Assembly: GCA_013265495.1 (NCBI GenBank)
Contig: MU058636.1
Span: 9,356,239 to 9,420,238, forward strand
Direction of reading: 5' to 3'
Length of the DNA: 64,000 nt
Origin: Vicugna vicugna
Taxonomy: Eukaryota
Under the pieces are notes generated by a model. That model was not told the DNA's origin. It did not search any database and saw nothing but the letters and a program-made list of their open reading frames with translations. The position numbers and the translations under genes are program-made. Shown here one piece after another: positions 25,502 through 36,934 of this stretch (within the stretch, counting starts at the first letter, position 1; each line of letters starts with the position of its first letter).

Positions 25502-25669
25502 TGACTCCTCTGTGTGTGTACACGTGACTGTAATGAAGTCTGACACGTGCTCAGTTCAGTAGCTGATTTTCCTTTAACAAGAACAAAACCCAAGTGACAA
25601 CCCCTCTAGAGAGCTTTCCCTCCACGGCGAGATGGAATAACCACTTCCGACTGCATTCCTAGCTGGATC
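25502..25669 (-). pseudogene. Exon: unit-1 beta-helix start
   Basis: WLFHLAVEG... and, shifted, HVSDFITVTCTH, cf. PIHFHLAGD...HTFSRCVTVHG. cag acceptor, gtaaag donor. Confidence 0.6.
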
Positions 25670-25934
25670 CTGTACGAACTTCTGTACTTACATGGCCACG
25701 TACTGACATATCTGTCTCCCCATCAGATGGCTCCTTGAGGGCAGGACATTTTGTTTGCAGAGCATTCTTTTACGTATACACACAGTTCTTGTCAGTTAAA
25801 AATGTTCGTTAGGGAGGGAGGGAGAAAGGGACCTGTATGTGGCCTGTTTCAAAAACCAGCGCTATTCTTAGTACTTTATTTAATAGGCACTCGAAATTGA
25901 TATTTTCTGTTTTCCTAGAAAAACTGACAGTCAT

Positions 25935-26275
25935 AATTTTTTTATAGTGAAGTATAGTTGATGTACAATGTTGTGCTAGTTTCTAGTTGTACAATGTTGT
26001 GCTAGTTTCTAGTGTACAGCATAGTGATATAGTGATTCATTATATATATATATATATAATGCACAGCATGCTGATTCAATTATACATATACATATATATA
26101 TTCTTTTTCATTACAGGTTATTAAAAGCTATTGAATATAGTTCCTTGTCCTACACGCTAGGACCTTGTTGTTTATCTGGTTTATACATAGTAGGTTGTAT
26201 CTGCTAATCCCAAACTCCTAATTTATCCCTACCCACTTCCCCTTCAGTAACTGTAGGTCTGTTTTCTACTGACAA
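25935..26275 (-). mobile_element. L1 3' end with internal 26-bp tandem duplication and (TA)n
   Basis: gaagtatagttgatgtacaatgttgtg... typical L1 3' UTR. Confidence 0.85.
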
Positions 26276-26724
26276 CCCCAATTTTTAAAATACATATGCA
26301 CTTAGCTAAAATGCTATAAACAGAAATCATTAAAATACAACACTTTATTCAGTTGCTTAACTAGGTCAAGGCAATTTTTCCTTCTGTGCCATTTCTTCCC
26401 AAACTGCCCAACCCCCTTCCTTTACTAACTGAATAGCTCAAAACCACTTGCCAGAGTCAAAGAAAAAAAAAAAAATCAAGTGACTGAAAATGTCTGCATC
26501 AGCGACCTGACACTCAGCGAAAGCTCGTGGGAATCGCTCCTTGAGAGCCTAAGCATGTCCGGAAGCGCCCCTGATCCGTGGGAAAGTCTGCTGACGGCCT
26601 CCAGCCGCAGACGAGGGCAGAAAGGCCGAGAGAAATTCCCAGGACTCTGAGCGCAGGAGACAATGAAGCGCTCATCCCGGCTCCCAGCTCCGGGGTCTCT
26701 CGGTGTGCGCCGAGTGTTTCCTAC

Positions 26725-26857
26725 TGGTATTTGTGAACGGTTCAGGTGGTGTAACTGACACTCAGGTTTTTCTCTCTAGTGCCTTGTGTTGTATCTTTTC
26801 TCCAGCCTGCTTATGGGCAGATGTCTTCCTCCAGTACCAGACTGGACACACGCATGT
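26725..26857 (-). pseudogene. Exon: post-GG segment (L.LE.D...W..G..I motif)
   Basis: cccttcag|: DMRVSSLVLEEDI then, shifted, QAGEKI, cf. CEMIP STILNLEDNVQSWKPGDTL. Confidence 0.65.
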
Positions 26858-27000
26858 CTGAAGGGAGATGTCAGTTAAAGTAAACACAGCATCCAATGAG
26901 ATGAGTGCTGTGAGCTGTTATTTAAAGTATCAGTTTGTGAAAAAGCAGCCCAGAGATTTTCTTCATTAGGTGACAGTCTGATCAAATAGATCTTCAGTAC

Positions 27001-27738
27001 CTGCTTTGGAGGCTTTATAAATATTATCGAAGGAAGCTAATTGCCAGAGAATTCCAGAGCCGTTGTGGACAGAAAACTTCCAATTCAGAGTCAGATGCAG
27101 ACTCTTTATGTAAAAGAGGTTCTTATCCATTTCTTAAAACATAACCAAGCACCAAACATCAAAAATGTGAAAATATTAAGAATGAAAACAATAGTAACAT
27201 TTACTGAGCACTCACTATTTTCCCGGCATTAGGTTGTGAGTTTCTCGTTAGGCAAGTACTATTCACACCTCCAGTTACTAGACGAGGAAGCAGAGGTTTA
27301 GAGATGTCCACGCTTGTCCAGCTAGTAAGTGGCAAAAATGGGTCTCTAACTCAGGCCTGTTTTACAGTGACGTGTATGGTTACTAATCCATGGCTTTAAA
27401 CTCCAAGTGTGGCTAGAGTTTAAAACAAACAAAAAAAAAATAGAATGGGTCCAAAAAAGAACCAAAGAAGCAAAACCACAAAACAGGAAAGGTCAGAGCC
27501 ATCGTGTCCAGGACCCTTCCAAGTCAAAGGTGAATGGTCCAGAGAAAACCATCCACTCTGCCCCAGGCTGGTGTCCATCCAGACCCATAGAGGAAAAAAC
27601 ACAATTGGCAACAGCTGGCATGTGCTCAGGAAGGAGACACTCAGAACTCTACACCATCATTTTTACCTTGTGACTAAAATCGTCTTCGTGAAATCAGAAT
27701 TTTATTCCTAGATGCTTCTGGACTATTTCTTCTTATCT
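27001..27738 (-). pseudogene. Two candidate exons (27738-27667 and 27103-27001) between the GG domain and the next motif
   Basis: Good splice signals (ttttctag/gtaaaa; ataaag/gtactg) and collinear position, but weak protein similarity. Confidence 0.4.
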
Positions 27739-27878
27739 CTAGAAAACCAGTTATGGAGAGATGGAAGGCTTCCAGCATGTAAAGGAACTGCCGCCCCCAC
27801 TGGACACCTATTTACCTGGCACTACGTCCTCTCCCATTCCTGCTCCTAACCCGCAGTCTTCTCAGCCTAGATTCTTAC

Positions 27879-28046
27879 CAAAGAGTCAATCCCTAGCATT
27901 TCTCGTTCATAACCCTCTGCCAAAATGAATGGCATCTCTTTTCAAGAGTCATCGACTGAGCAACCTTTTGCTCTTTTTATTTGAAAACAGACTCATAGCT
28001 GTATCTTTTTTGAAAAGAAGATGTGTTCCTGATTTAAGCCAGGCGA
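27879..28046 (-). pseudogene. Exon: GG domain continuation
   Basis: ctacag|TCGCCTG...TTTG|gtaaga. RLA*IRN... in frame with the previous exon; multiple stops. Confidence 0.6.
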
Positions 28047-28269
28047 CTGTAGGTGACATTCATATATTAAGTGCATTAGCGGAGCATGTCATTTAAATTA
28101 CTACCCATCATTTTTTTTCCTAATAAAAGGAAATGAGGAAGCCACACGTGTGTGAGTAGATATTGTTGAAAAGACAACGCAGACCATTCCTTGAAGAAGA
28201 AAAAGAAAATAGCTGTTTTCTGTTCCCTCATTTGTAATAATATTCACTTCTGTATCAGACTCAAAGTAC

Positions 28270-28434
28270 CTCATTTCCTCAGTAGGATAAGCCTGGTACC
28301 CTCCGAAGCCAGTGACCTTGACGGTGCTGAGGATGGTGACAGGTTGGGACACTCCACAGACAACGGTCAACCAGCTCTGTGTGTGCGAATAGAGTTAATA
28401 TCGGTGCATGCTGTACGCTTCCTTGTGGCTTCAT
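28270..28434 (-). pseudogene. Exon: GG domain start
   Basis: ...LTVVCGVSQPVTILSTVKVTGFGGYQAYPTEEM|gtactt. Joins the next exon as EEMSRLA, cf. TMEM2 RFDTHEYRNESRRL. Confidence 0.7.
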
Positions 28435-28710
28435 CTAGCTTTGAAATTTTTATTTTTTTAAGTGCAAATTAATGGTCCCTAGACCATACCTCCTGAATAA
28501 TACTCTCTGAGAGTTAGCTCCCAGCATCCACACTTTTAATAAGCAATACAATAGGGGATCAGTTGAGTAAACATTTTAATGCCTAGGAGGTTACTGGCCA
28601 TCTTTTAATGCGTAAATTATCTCCCGCATTGCCTCCAAGACACCACAGAATGTCGTAAAAGAAACCCAATCCTTGCAATATCAACAAATAGATTTCTAAT
28701 CTGTGTTTAC

Positions 28711-28874
28711 TTGAGCAGATAAGACCAATGGATTTTTGTGCTTTGAGGAATTTCTCCATATGGAGTTAATTCCTAGCTCAGTTTCCAAACTGGCAGGGAA
28801 ACTTCCTTTGACTCCTGTTTTAAGGACTTTCTGTGCCCCACCTTTGACCCCTGCTGTGCTTTCTGTCGAAGACC
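28711..28874 (-). pseudogene. Exon: end of G8 domain (frameshifted)
   Basis: ttttcctcag|...|gtaaac. (G)SSTESTAGVKGGAQKVLKTGVKG... then, in a shifted frame, ELTPYGEIPQSTKIHWSYLL, cf. GTLELHGARKASWTLL. Confidence 0.75.
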
Positions 28875-29027
28875 CTGAGGAAAAGTGATGGAGAAACCCC
28901 TTCCAGATGTAGTGTGCAATTATTTGTGTTTATTCTCATCTTAAATGTTTTTCTTGTCAAAGACCATTAGGAGCTATCAGATAAAGAGGATTTAGGGCTT
29001 AGATTTCAAGGGACATCAGATTTATAC

Positions 29028-29086
29028 CATATCTGTGTATCTAGTTTGAGTAATTAATGTGTCCTATCATTTTCCAAAGAATCCCA
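29028..29086 (-). pseudogene. Short exon remnant: G8 (IG...Y...YG)
   Basis: ttttcag|...TATG|gtataa. MIGHINYSN*IHRY(G), cf. HIGAEKCRYKSKATITLYG. Confidence 0.45.
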
Positions 29087-29873
29087 CTGAAAAGCCTGCA
29101 CCGACTGATATTCTCAGACTTAACTACAAACGAACCCGTGTTCCAGCAGGAAGCCCAGTGCACACCTGTGTCTGGAGTGCCTCAGATACAGCGTAGCTGT
29201 GGAATTCATTCAGTCGTGCGGCAAATGTTTATTTAACATGAACAATGAGACAAAGACAGTGCTAAGTGAGTAAGGAGGACACAGACATTGTCCCTGGAAC
29301 AACAGTCAAATGACAGACATCAGACCAGGTATTGATTACAGCTTTGGGCGTGGGAGGGTCTGACAGGAGGGGGCTCACCTCATCTGAGCAGGAGGAATCA
29401 GCAATGGTTGCCTTTAAGCTGTGGCCTCAATTTTGCATCGGGTTTAGCCTCACAGAGGTAGAGAGTGATGCTCTAGGCAGCCAGGACGGAAGGGCAAATG
29501 CTACCATGCCCTTGATGTCCTGGCCAGTTGATGGAACCGGGGTTGGGAAGACAGTGTAGTCGAGCACAACGCGTAAAAGGACAAGCGTGGCAAAAGGCAG
29601 GGAAGTAAGAGACACAGAGACCAAGTGAAACAAGAGAAGTGAGAAGCCACTGGGTTAGGGGAGTGAGTAGATCTGTGATGTTACACGCTGATATTTTCAC
29701 CAACGTGGAAAATGGGCTTCGAGGAGAGCAAGCGAGGACATGAGAAGATGAGTTCAGAGTATGCAGATAAGAAGGGATGTATTTATGATACATAAATTTA
29801 CATATATATGCATGTATATATGTGTGTTATATGTTATATATGTAATGACATGCAAATACGTGTTCTTTTAAAC

Positions 29874-30078
29874 CTCCTCCCTAGAGGTGACTACTTAAAT
29901 TTGGTCTATTCTCATGAGACATCCATTTGCCAGAGGCAGCAACAAATATCTTCAAATATCACCGTTCACATTTCACCAGAGAATCTGATCATTGGCATCA
30001 GAAAGCTAGAAAGGCTATTTCATTGGTGAAAGACATTTGAAATTTAGGAACTGACTCTGGTCAATTACACAGTCACCT
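29874..30078 (-). pseudogene. Exon remnant: G8 domain interior
   Basis: EVTV*L...GEM*TVIFED, cf. GGLLVFGD. Several stops; the upstream intron is only ~56 bp. Confidence 0.45.
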
Positions 30079-30134
30079 CTACGTTGGCGTGAACAGAGTT
30101 CGGAGAGTCCCACGGGCCCAGCATGCCCTCTCAC

Positions 30135-30296
30135 CTTTAGGAATGGTAACCGAGGCCTTGCTAACCAGACACTTGGCTCCATGTCCCACTACTTAACAGA
30201 GGTTCTGCTCCAAAGAAGGTGAGCAGAATCCTGCTGCTGGAATATCGTCCCACCTGCTCAAGTGAACCTTTAATGCTGGGCACTTCTGCAAAGTGC
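30135..30296 (-). pseudogene. Exon: stalk and start of G8 domain (162 bp, phase 1/1, one in-frame TAA)
   Basis: ttcag|...AAAG|gtgaga. TLQKCPALKVHLSRWD...*...ASVTIPK, cf. TMEM2 ENCPDQNPRLRNWD...QVVIKEG. Confidence 0.8.
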
Positions 30297-31528
30297 CTGA
30301 AGTACGAATAAGTGGAACAGACTGGGTGACAGCTTTTGTGTTTACTTGCAAACATATGTCTGTAGATGAGGCAGAATCGAGTCGGAGACTTGCTTTCATT
30401 GTAACGTCTCAGCTGGTGGTAAACTTGTGGAGGAGATGCCTACAGCTCTCACCAATCTCCAAACTTCCTAGGCTAGTGCTGTTTGCAACAAGAACTTGAA
30501 CGTGGGACTGGGTAAATTGCCTCAGGTCTGTTAACAATAACTGGGTTAGGATAGTATCAGTGGAGATGGGGAAAAGTGGAACTAACTGAGGGATGGAATT
30601 GATGTGGAAGAGAGAGAGGAAGGTGCCAGGGTGGCTAAGGCTTCTGACGTGAGCAATGTGGTTCATGGCGGTGGGATACAGGGACAAAGAATGTTGGTGA
30701 CAGAGCTGGTTTAGGGAGGAAGATCATAAATTCTATTCTGGATGAGGGTTTGACATATTTGTGAGTTTGCTAAGTGGGGATGTTGCCTATGCAGCTGGGT
30801 AGAGGAGGTCTAGGGTTGAATATGTACTTTGGGAGTCTTCCGGAAATAGATGTAATTGAAGCCGTGGAAATGCATGAGATGGCTCAGGTAGGTAATGGTT
30901 TGGAAGGAAGAGGACCCTGCAGGACTCCAACTTTTGAAGTCTGAGTATCGGGGCACAAACGTTAAGAAAAGAAGAGGACAGAGGAGGCAGCTCCATGAAG
31001 AGACCGGGTTGGGAGGTTTATGGGAACGTCACAGAGGAAGGGCAGCTAAAGGAAGGCAGTCTACTGCCCCTTGTAGAGTCGTCATGTTGCCTTGCCAACC
31101 CCTCCTCCAGCGTCCCCTGCCAAATCTTCAGTAAAACCTAAAAAACTCATACATGGTTACTGTGAGGATTTTTTTTTAATAGAACCCAAAGAAAAAGTTG
31201 ACAATGTATGATGCATAGTAAGTGATCAAAAAACACTTTTTTTTTAATTTTTAAAATTTATTTTTAATTATTATTTTGTTTGTTTTGGGGAGAGAGAGGT
31301 AATTCGGCTTAATTATTCATTTTTTTAATGGAGCTACTGGGGATTGAACCCAGGACATCATGCATGCTCCCCACAGTATAAATGAGTAAATAATTAAAAG
31401 AAAAATACCAGGATATCAGAAACCATTAGAAAACATTGTGAGTGAGCCAAACTAAACACCCCAGGCAATCATCTGCAGAAGTGACGGCAGAGTCTGCAAA
31501 AGGGGACCAGCAACAGCGCCTCCTCATA

Positions 31529-31644
31529 TCCCAGGGAAATAGCAATTGTGAAAATTGTTAAGGAAAAACAAAACACACAGAAGAGTTTCCAGCTCCAACT
31601 GCTGGTGGAAGCAATTTAGCTTCAGCATGGCCACAGATGGCTTT
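31529..31644 (-). pseudogene. Exon remnant: type II transmembrane helix
   Basis: 31588-31529 reads KLFCVFCFSLTIFTIAISLG, cf. TMEM2 KNTFICFAITSFSFFIALAIILG. Candidate tag acceptor before 31644; 3' boundary uncertain. Confidence 0.65.
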
Positions 31645-33658
31645 CTAGCATGACGTTCTCTCCTTGCTCTTGTTCGTGTTAAAAATTTCATTTTTCATTA
31701 CTGCCATTTATTTTCAGGTAGGAACATTTACTTTAACGATCCCTTGAGTGCACAACATGAGACCAGGCACTCATGATTCAGAAGTAAAGATCTGAATCAT
31801 GAGAATATTGTCCTTTTTCCACACGAGGGGAACTCTTCCAGGGGAAAATCAATTATTTTCTCATTGACCCCCCCTCCCTGGGTAGGTGTTAGTGCGGCGA
31901 CCCAGATCATGGCCCCCTCTTACTCTGCTCTGGGGAATTAGTCCAATTCTGTCCCTTCATAAATGGCTCTTGAGGTGACAGGCAATTTCTTCTCGATCCT
32001 GTGGGCTTGCTGGACGCTTGTATAATGATCTAGTGGGCTCATTTCCAGGGAAGCTGTCTTGAGATACCCACTCCACATCATGAGAGAGAGAAAGCCTGAA
32101 TCAGAGAGGGGTGCCTGAACATTTGATGTGTGGACAAATGCACTCCATCACCACGGGCGGCAAAAACAGGTTTTACAAAGACTGTTTTGGTATTAACACA
32201 AATGCTGGATGAATTCTGTCTTTCTCCTTCCTTTCAGTTAGGTTTATTTTGGTTTTTGCGATTTAATAAGGTATAAATGATACACAAGAACCTGAACATA
32301 TTTAATAAATACAATTTGATGAGTTTGGACATAGACCTACATCCATGATATCACCACAATCAGGGTAATGAACTTATCCATCACCTCCAAACGTTTCCTT
32401 GTGTCTCCTTCTTTGTGTGTGTGCTGGGAACACGTAACATGAGATCTACCGTAGGAACACATTTTTCAGTGGACATCACCATACTGTTCACTGCAGGCAC
32501 CATTTTGGGTAGCAGGTCTCCAGGGTTTATTCATCTTGTACAGCTGTAACTTGACACCCATCGAACAGTAATTCCCCATGTTCTGCCCCCAACCTACAGC
32601 TAAGTTTCTTGAAAGACTGCTCTGGATTTCTCGTCTTCTTTATCTCTCATTCAGTCTGCTACATCTAACAATTTCTGTTCCACCCACACTGCTCTACTAA
32701 AACTACTGAGGTCATTATTAACCTTCTCATTATCAAATCAAACAAGTATGCCTTGGCTCCCCCAAGGTATTTGCCATAAACACTGTTAAGAATGCCTTCC
32801 CTCTTGAAATTCTCTTCTCTTTCAACGGTGTCTATAACAATATCTTCTTTTGAATTTTCTCTTGCCTCAGATTGCTCCTTCAACAGGGATCCTTTCCATG
32901 TTCCAGTCCTTTAAATGCTGATGCTTTCTAAGGTTTCTTCTGCATCGATTTCTTATTAATGCCTTAATACTCACTGATACTGGCCAAATCTATTGTTGAT
33001 AGACCCCAAGTTTCTTCTGAGCCAGAAGACTTAATTTTTAACTACCCACTAGGCATTCCATCTGGATGTCTCACACACAAGTCTTTCTTATTTCCATGTT
33101 CTTTCATATCCTGTCTGTGTGTGTGGCATTCCCATCCACCCAACTGCCCATGCCGGAACCACCTCTACTGCCATCTTTCCCACTCTCTGTATCCCAAGGA
33201 TCTACTGATTCTATCCTCCTGTTCTCTCTAATGTCCCATCCTCTCCATCTGCACTGACTTGGCCTAGCTGGGGACCCTACCACTTCTCACCTGGATGATA
33301 TTGTGTTTGTTCGTCTCCTTTTCCCAAGCACTTAGACCATACTACGAGCTCAACAACTCTATGTTGGCAGGATGAACACAATGTGACAATTCCTCTCCCC
33401 ACCTCTGCCACTCAGTGACACACCATTCTTGCTCCAGGGATCATTCTAAAACACACAAGTTAGTCACACCACATCTCCTGTCAAATCCTTCCACTGCCTC
33501 CAGGATCAGTTTTGATCCTTTCAGCGGGGCACACAAAGCACTTCTTGCCCTTCTCCTACCTCATCCCCCACCATTCGCTGGTGCACCCTCACTGCAGCCC
33601 TGCGAGACATCTCACAACGCCAGTACTCTTTAAGAACCTCCCCCACCAATCCCTATTT

Positions 33659-34006
33659 TTTTTAAACATTTTTTTTTGATTTATAATCATTTTACAATGT
33701 TGTGTCAAATTCCAGTGTAGAGCACAATTTTTCAGTTATAAATGAACACATAAATATTCATTGTCACATTTTTCCTCTGTGAGCTACCATAAGATCTTGT
33801 ATATATTTCCCTGCTGTACAGTATAATCTTGTTTATCTATTCTACAATTTTGAAATCCCAGTCTATCCCTTCCCACCTCCCGCCCCCTTGGCAACCAGAA
33901 GTTTGTATTCTATGTTTATGAATCTATTTCTGTTTTGTATTTATGCTTTGTTTGTTTGGTTTTTTTTTTTTTTTTTAGATTCCACATATGAGTGATCTCA
34001 TATGGT
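33659..34006 (-). mobile_element. Young L1 3' end with 12-bp TSD caatccctattt
   Basis: TSD at 33647-33658 and 34007-34018; same 3' UTR family as the L1 at 38926-39970. Confidence 0.9.
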
Positions 34007-34597
34007 CAATCCCTATTTATTAAGCTGCAATTAACATACAGTTAAGTGCAGACTGTAAGTGCGTGGATTCTGGCAAGAGTATACATACATGTAACCAACA
34101 CCCTAATTGATATATAGAACATTTCCATCATCCCAGGAAGTTCCCTGTGTCTTCACCAGTTAATCAACTCAGGTTAATCACAGTTCTGATTGCTATCATT
34201 ATTTATTAGTTTTGCATGTGTGTCGGGCTTCTTTGTTCAACATTAAGTCTGTGTGATTTATCTATGTTGTGTGTACTGGAAGTTCATTCCTTTCCATTGC
34301 CAAGTGGTATTCCATTGTTTAAATATACCATAATTTCCCTTATGTATTGGTAGCCATTTGAGTTGTTCCCAACTTGGAGTTATTCTGAACTCCAAACACT
34401 TTAATGCCATCTTTTTGTGGACTTAGGTTTTGGCTTTTTTTTTTTTTACATAAAGACCTAGGAGGGAAATTAATATGGTTAACATAATAAGAAACTGCCT
34501 GATGGCTTCTAGCTATGCATCTCCATACTCAGCAACATTTGGTGGTGTAAATATTTTATTCAATCTAGTGTATCTGACTTGATTTGGTTTTGTTTTT

Positions 34598-34720
34598 TGA
34601 GGGGGGAGATGATTAGGTTTATTTATTTATGTATTTATTTTAATAGAGATACTGAGGATTGAACCCAGGACCTCATGCATGCTAAGCACACACTCTGCCA
34701 CTGAGCTATGCCCTCCCCCT
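34598..34720 (-). mobile_element. Vic-1-type SINE inside an older L1 fragment
   Basis: gaggattgaacccaggacctcatgcatgctaagc...ctgagctatgccctcccc. Confidence 0.85.
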
Positions 34721-36934
34721 AGTCTAGTGTATGTTAAGTGGTTCATTGTGGCTCTGAGTTTCATATCCTCCTTGTCTATTGATGTTGAGTAACTTTTCAA
34801 TGTAATTATTGAAATGTGTGTATCTTCTTTTGTGGAATATTCCATTTGTGTTTTTAACCATTTAGAAAAACTGAATTGTTTATCTTTTTACTATTCATTG
34901 GAAAAAGTCCTTCATATATTTTGACTCTAAGTTCTTTGCCAGATATGTAACTTTTCCAGTCTTTGGCTTACCTTTTCATTTTCTTAATGATATCCTCTGA
35001 AGAACAGAAAATCATAGTTTATCACCTTTCTTTTCCTTTTATATTTATCTGTGCAGCATTCTTACCCGGAGGGAATCTCCTCCCTGTCTTTGAGAGTCAG
35101 TTGACATCACAGGACACGTAATACCATCACTAATGTTCTTGTTCCTTGTCCCCCATAAGCTTGGGACCAACTAGAAAACAGGGGCTGCGCTTTGTGGAGT
35201 GCTTTCTAGCTAGCAGAGCACCTAGCAAGTAGCAGGAGCTCGAGAACTATCTGTTACCCAAATACACAAATATGTGGAAAATTGGAAGAGTTGATTCAAT
35301 TCCATCAATTAACTTCTTTCCACATCATTTTCTCGTCCTAAAAATAAGGAAAACTCCCCACTAACCTCACAAGCATGTACAAGCAATGAAAGCTTCATGA
35401 GGTTGTGAATGGAGCTTTTTTGGACCCTTCAATGTACATCAGTAAGCAGCCTGTGAATACATATTTTTCACAGATTTTATTATTATTGTTATTATTATTA
35501 TTATTTAATGAATCCTGATTTTCTTTTGAAAAGCAGTATACGTAATTCTTTATTTTTTATATAATTCTTAATACATTAGATGCTCCTCATCAAATACTGG
35601 GACATCCTGAATCAAAAAAAAAATATGACCAGTTGGAACTTGAGATACAGGGCTTGCCAAATGACTTCATCACGTCAGAGTGATCAGCTTTTATTCTAGA
35701 GAGGTTCACTAATGTCAAAAGCCATCTGGATTACATAAAAATGACAATGTCATCATTAAATCTGTCTGAGAAATTAGACTTTAATGAATTCCATAGAGAC
35801 CTCCAACTTGATCATGGGAGCTAAGAAGTCATAATACTCTTCTGACAGGAAGGTGCAGTTTAAGAAATTTGGAAAGCACCAGCAATAGATGAAAATGATG
35901 GGCTCATGGAGGAAGCAAAGTGCAATCTTCTCCTCCCGACAGGAAACCACAGAGTGGAGCGGCCCCTGCTCAGCAGACAATGAGACACAATCAAACGGCA
36001 TTCAGTGCGTGATGAATAAAGCATTTGAGAGCAGAGTGACTTTTTCCATAGCAACAAAGCCTCAGAAAGTCCAGAATGTTATTGGCCAGAGTCTTGTATT
36101 GTTCTTCCAGGACAATGTGAATCCTCACCCTGGATGATTAAAAGTGCCAGAAGCAAGCGTGATATTCAGCTATTCACATTAAACTGATAAACACAGTAAC
36201 ATATATAAATAGCCAGAACGCTCAATTTCCAAATATGAAAAAAATATATAATTAGAAACTAATTGAAACTGCACTTTTAAGGATTTGAGGCTTACTCAGT
36301 ATTACCTCATGGAAGAATGTATCCATTATCCCATCTTTGCTTTTGGAAGAGCTGGTTCTGTTAGGGGGTCTTGAAAGGGTCCAAATCTTTCTCTCCAGTC
36401 AAGGCTTTATGCTGGGAACAGAAGTGTGAGAGAAACTTGCTCAACGGCCAAGACCCCTGAAAGACAGTGGTATGAAATTGTCCTCGGCACAGAAGCACCC
36501 AAGAAATTCAGCCTCTCATAGAAAAGGAGGAGCAGCATGTCACTGGCCGCATGTGACCCCTCTGCCATCATCCACGGAGACTGAACCACGACCTGGTTCT
36601 CGTGCCTTCAATCACTTCTGAATGAACCTCATCCAAAATAGACTTGAAATTCCTCTCTCCTAAGAATTTGATCATGATTTAAGTGCAATGAATAGGCTGT
36701 TAGAATTCTGGTTGCAAAGAACTTAAGTTGAAAGCAGAAACTATGTCTTACTCACCTTTAATACCTTGTGTGCGAGAATAATGCCTGGTTGGATGACTAG
36801 GGAGTGAATGAATGGGGGGCCTTAAAAGGAAATGGAAATGGGAAATTTACAAGACTGTTGGAGTTGAAAGGCTATATTTAGGAAATTAAAGAAGCCAACT
36901 TCATAACTGAATTAACACTCTATGACTCATCCAG

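Larger units (their letters stand above)
572..31644 (-). pseudogene. Decayed multi-exon pseudogene of a CEMIP2/TMEM2-like protein (TM-G8-GG-[beta-helix + C-terminal module]x2)
   Basis: About 30 collinear exon remnants with AG/GT boundaries. Their translations hit CEMIP/CEMIP2 motifs in the correct order: TM helix, CPx6LxRWD, VTIPK, HWSYL, EEMSRL, LEEDI..QAGEKI, FHLA..ITV, RGG..DSC, PYDKGS, WDISSG; then FDSLFGG, HPIHF, SSERCL, EEDNTF, CGIVSMF, HLNKK..FI, IQ-YD-GPL, PVIL..YSLDF, RVTLC..PGTAF. Many stops and frameshifts. Confidence 0.85.

Noticed and set aside
25230..26610. Possible unit-1 remnants DM..LSRS (~26545-26565) and KD*VET (~25260-25285)
   Set aside because: Collinear but too short and lacking clean splice sites to call individually.
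572..31644. Calling the locus CEMIP2 or CEMIP itself, or a processed pseudogene
   Set aside because: Similarity is only motif-level, LHFPL6 synteny is wrong for either gene, and introns are present.
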